Assembly (NCBI GenBank): GCA_973895155.1
Contig: OZ316895.1
Span: forward strand, 7,738,184-7,802,183
Source: Marsupella aquatica
Lineage: Eukaryota > Plantae > Marchantiophyta
Length of the DNA stretch: 64,000 bases
Reading direction: 5' to 3'
The notes under the pieces are model-generated. The model did not search any database and was not told the DNA's origin. It was given only the letters and a program-made list of their open reading frames with translations. Within the stretch, counting starts at the first letter, position 1. The number at the start of each line of letters is the position of its first letter. Shown here piece by piece: positions 63,101-64,000 of this stretch. Made by a program: the position numbers and the translations under genes.

Positions 63101-63930
63101 GATGATGCGGTTGCGGAGCCTGCAAAGAAAGCTTCCAAAGTTCAGGCAAAGAAGGGAGGAATAAGATCTAATATAGTGTCCAAAACAGCGAGCTCATCCG
63201 ATGACTCTGATTCTGAAGAGGAGGTCATTACGAAGGAGCCTATCAAGAAGCACGTGGCACCACCACCTGTCACTCCAAAGTTAAACCAGGGTTCGCTGAA
63301 GGCTACAGTGGTGACAGAAAAAAAGAGAAAACGAGAGATGACTACACCCTCAGATTCTGGAAAAGTGGAAGACGCCAAAACTGGTTCTACAGATGGCAAG
63401 AATGGTGATGTTAAGAGGCAAAAGCTAGACCATACATTAAACGAGGTATGGGTTTGTGTAGAATTGTTCGGATTTGGCTTTCAAAGTACGACTAGAGGTA
63501 TGCTGGATGTGTCCTGTGAATGTGGCAGGCAAGCTAGAGGTTGATTCTGTTTGTAAGGAACTGTCAAATACGCAAGATACCAGTTAGGAATAGTCAAGAT
63601 TTCGTGGAAATATGTCTGCTAGTGTTTCAGTATGCTGCCACATTATTTGGAATGAAATGTCATTATCTTAACATTTGGACTTGGAACCTGAATGCAGGGA
63701 ACACCAAAGTTTTTCCAAAAAATAAATATCAACGAGGTTCGTACATCTTGATTTCATGTTAAATTTGTTACGTGAAATGTTGCAATATATTGTCCTTTGG
63801 AAATATTGCAACATAAATTCCGGTTTTTATGCTTTACTACCGAGTTGCCTCTCACTAAGTCTGTAATAATATACTTCTCCAGGTGGAATACGCTGACCCC
63901 AGACTGCAAGACAATTCATATTGGGCAAAG
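60171..63930 (+). CDS. SRP40: Nopp140/NOLC1/SRP40-like nucleolar phosphoprotein (LisH, acidic-serine/basic repeats, SRP40_C); 3' end lies beyond the window
   Basis: Exons 60171-60266 (LisH-like LLVAYLRKRGLAKTLKAFIAE), 61120-61190, 61687-63445 (alternating SSEDSDSSSEEE and K/P/A-rich tracts), 63698-63736 (GTPKFFQKININE) and 63883-63930 (VEYADPRLQDNSYWAK, start of SRP40_C). All borders are GT-AG with consistent phase. Confidence 0.88.
60344..60354 (-). promoter_or_regulatory. Telo-box-like motif in the first intron of the Nopp140-like gene
   Basis: AGGGTTTAGGG (CCCTAAACCCT on the minus strand). Telo-boxes are known near the TSS of plant ribosome-biogenesis genes, but this short motif could be chance. 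Confidence 0.3.
61781..62785 (+). repeat. Coding tandem repeat, ~5 x 201 bp (67 aa)
   Basis: TCTTCTGA(A/G)GATTC starts at 61781, 61982, 62183, 62384 and 62585, an exact 201-bp period. Confidence 0.95.
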
Positions 63931-64000
63931 GTGCGTAGCTTATAAACAAGTGCAGGTTGCAGGCGAACGTTAGGCTATTCTGTGGGACTGGACGCTTCTT

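Noticed and set aside
61663-63399. Long minus-strand ORFs (159, 234 and 85 aa)
   Set aside because: Antisense shadows of the low-complexity repeat exon of the Nopp140-like gene.

Overview
Eukaryotic nuclear DNA from a land plant, most likely a non-seed plant such as a bryophyte (inferred from gene families and intron style; species not determinable). Four protein-coding genes lie on the + strand. (1) A 13-exon gamma-tubulin complex protein 6 (GCP6) gene, 3565-11137, with a clear U12 minor-spliceosome intron. (2) A 4-exon plant Raf-like kinase-family gene, 29731-32447, whose catalytic loop is degenerate (HRN-LRSSR), so probably a pseudokinase. (3) A DDX6/Dhh1 (RH6/8/12-type) DEAD-box helicase, 51671-53215, with an intronless CDS and Q-rich N-terminus. 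(4) A Nopp140/SRP40-like nucleolar phosphoprotein starting at 60171 and running off the window, with a 201-bp coding tandem repeat. Intergenic DNA is rich in TEs: a full-length but dead Ty1/copia element (37026-42352; CACCT TSD, tRNA-iMet PBS, unusual TA...CA LTRs), a Mutator-like foldback element with a 10-bp TSD, Tc1/mariner-like MITEs, and several tandem and inverted repeats. I found no tRNA, rRNA or CRISPR feature and no convincing wholly new system; the best leads are listed as findings. All exon models and family assignments were made by eye and from memory, without database searches.
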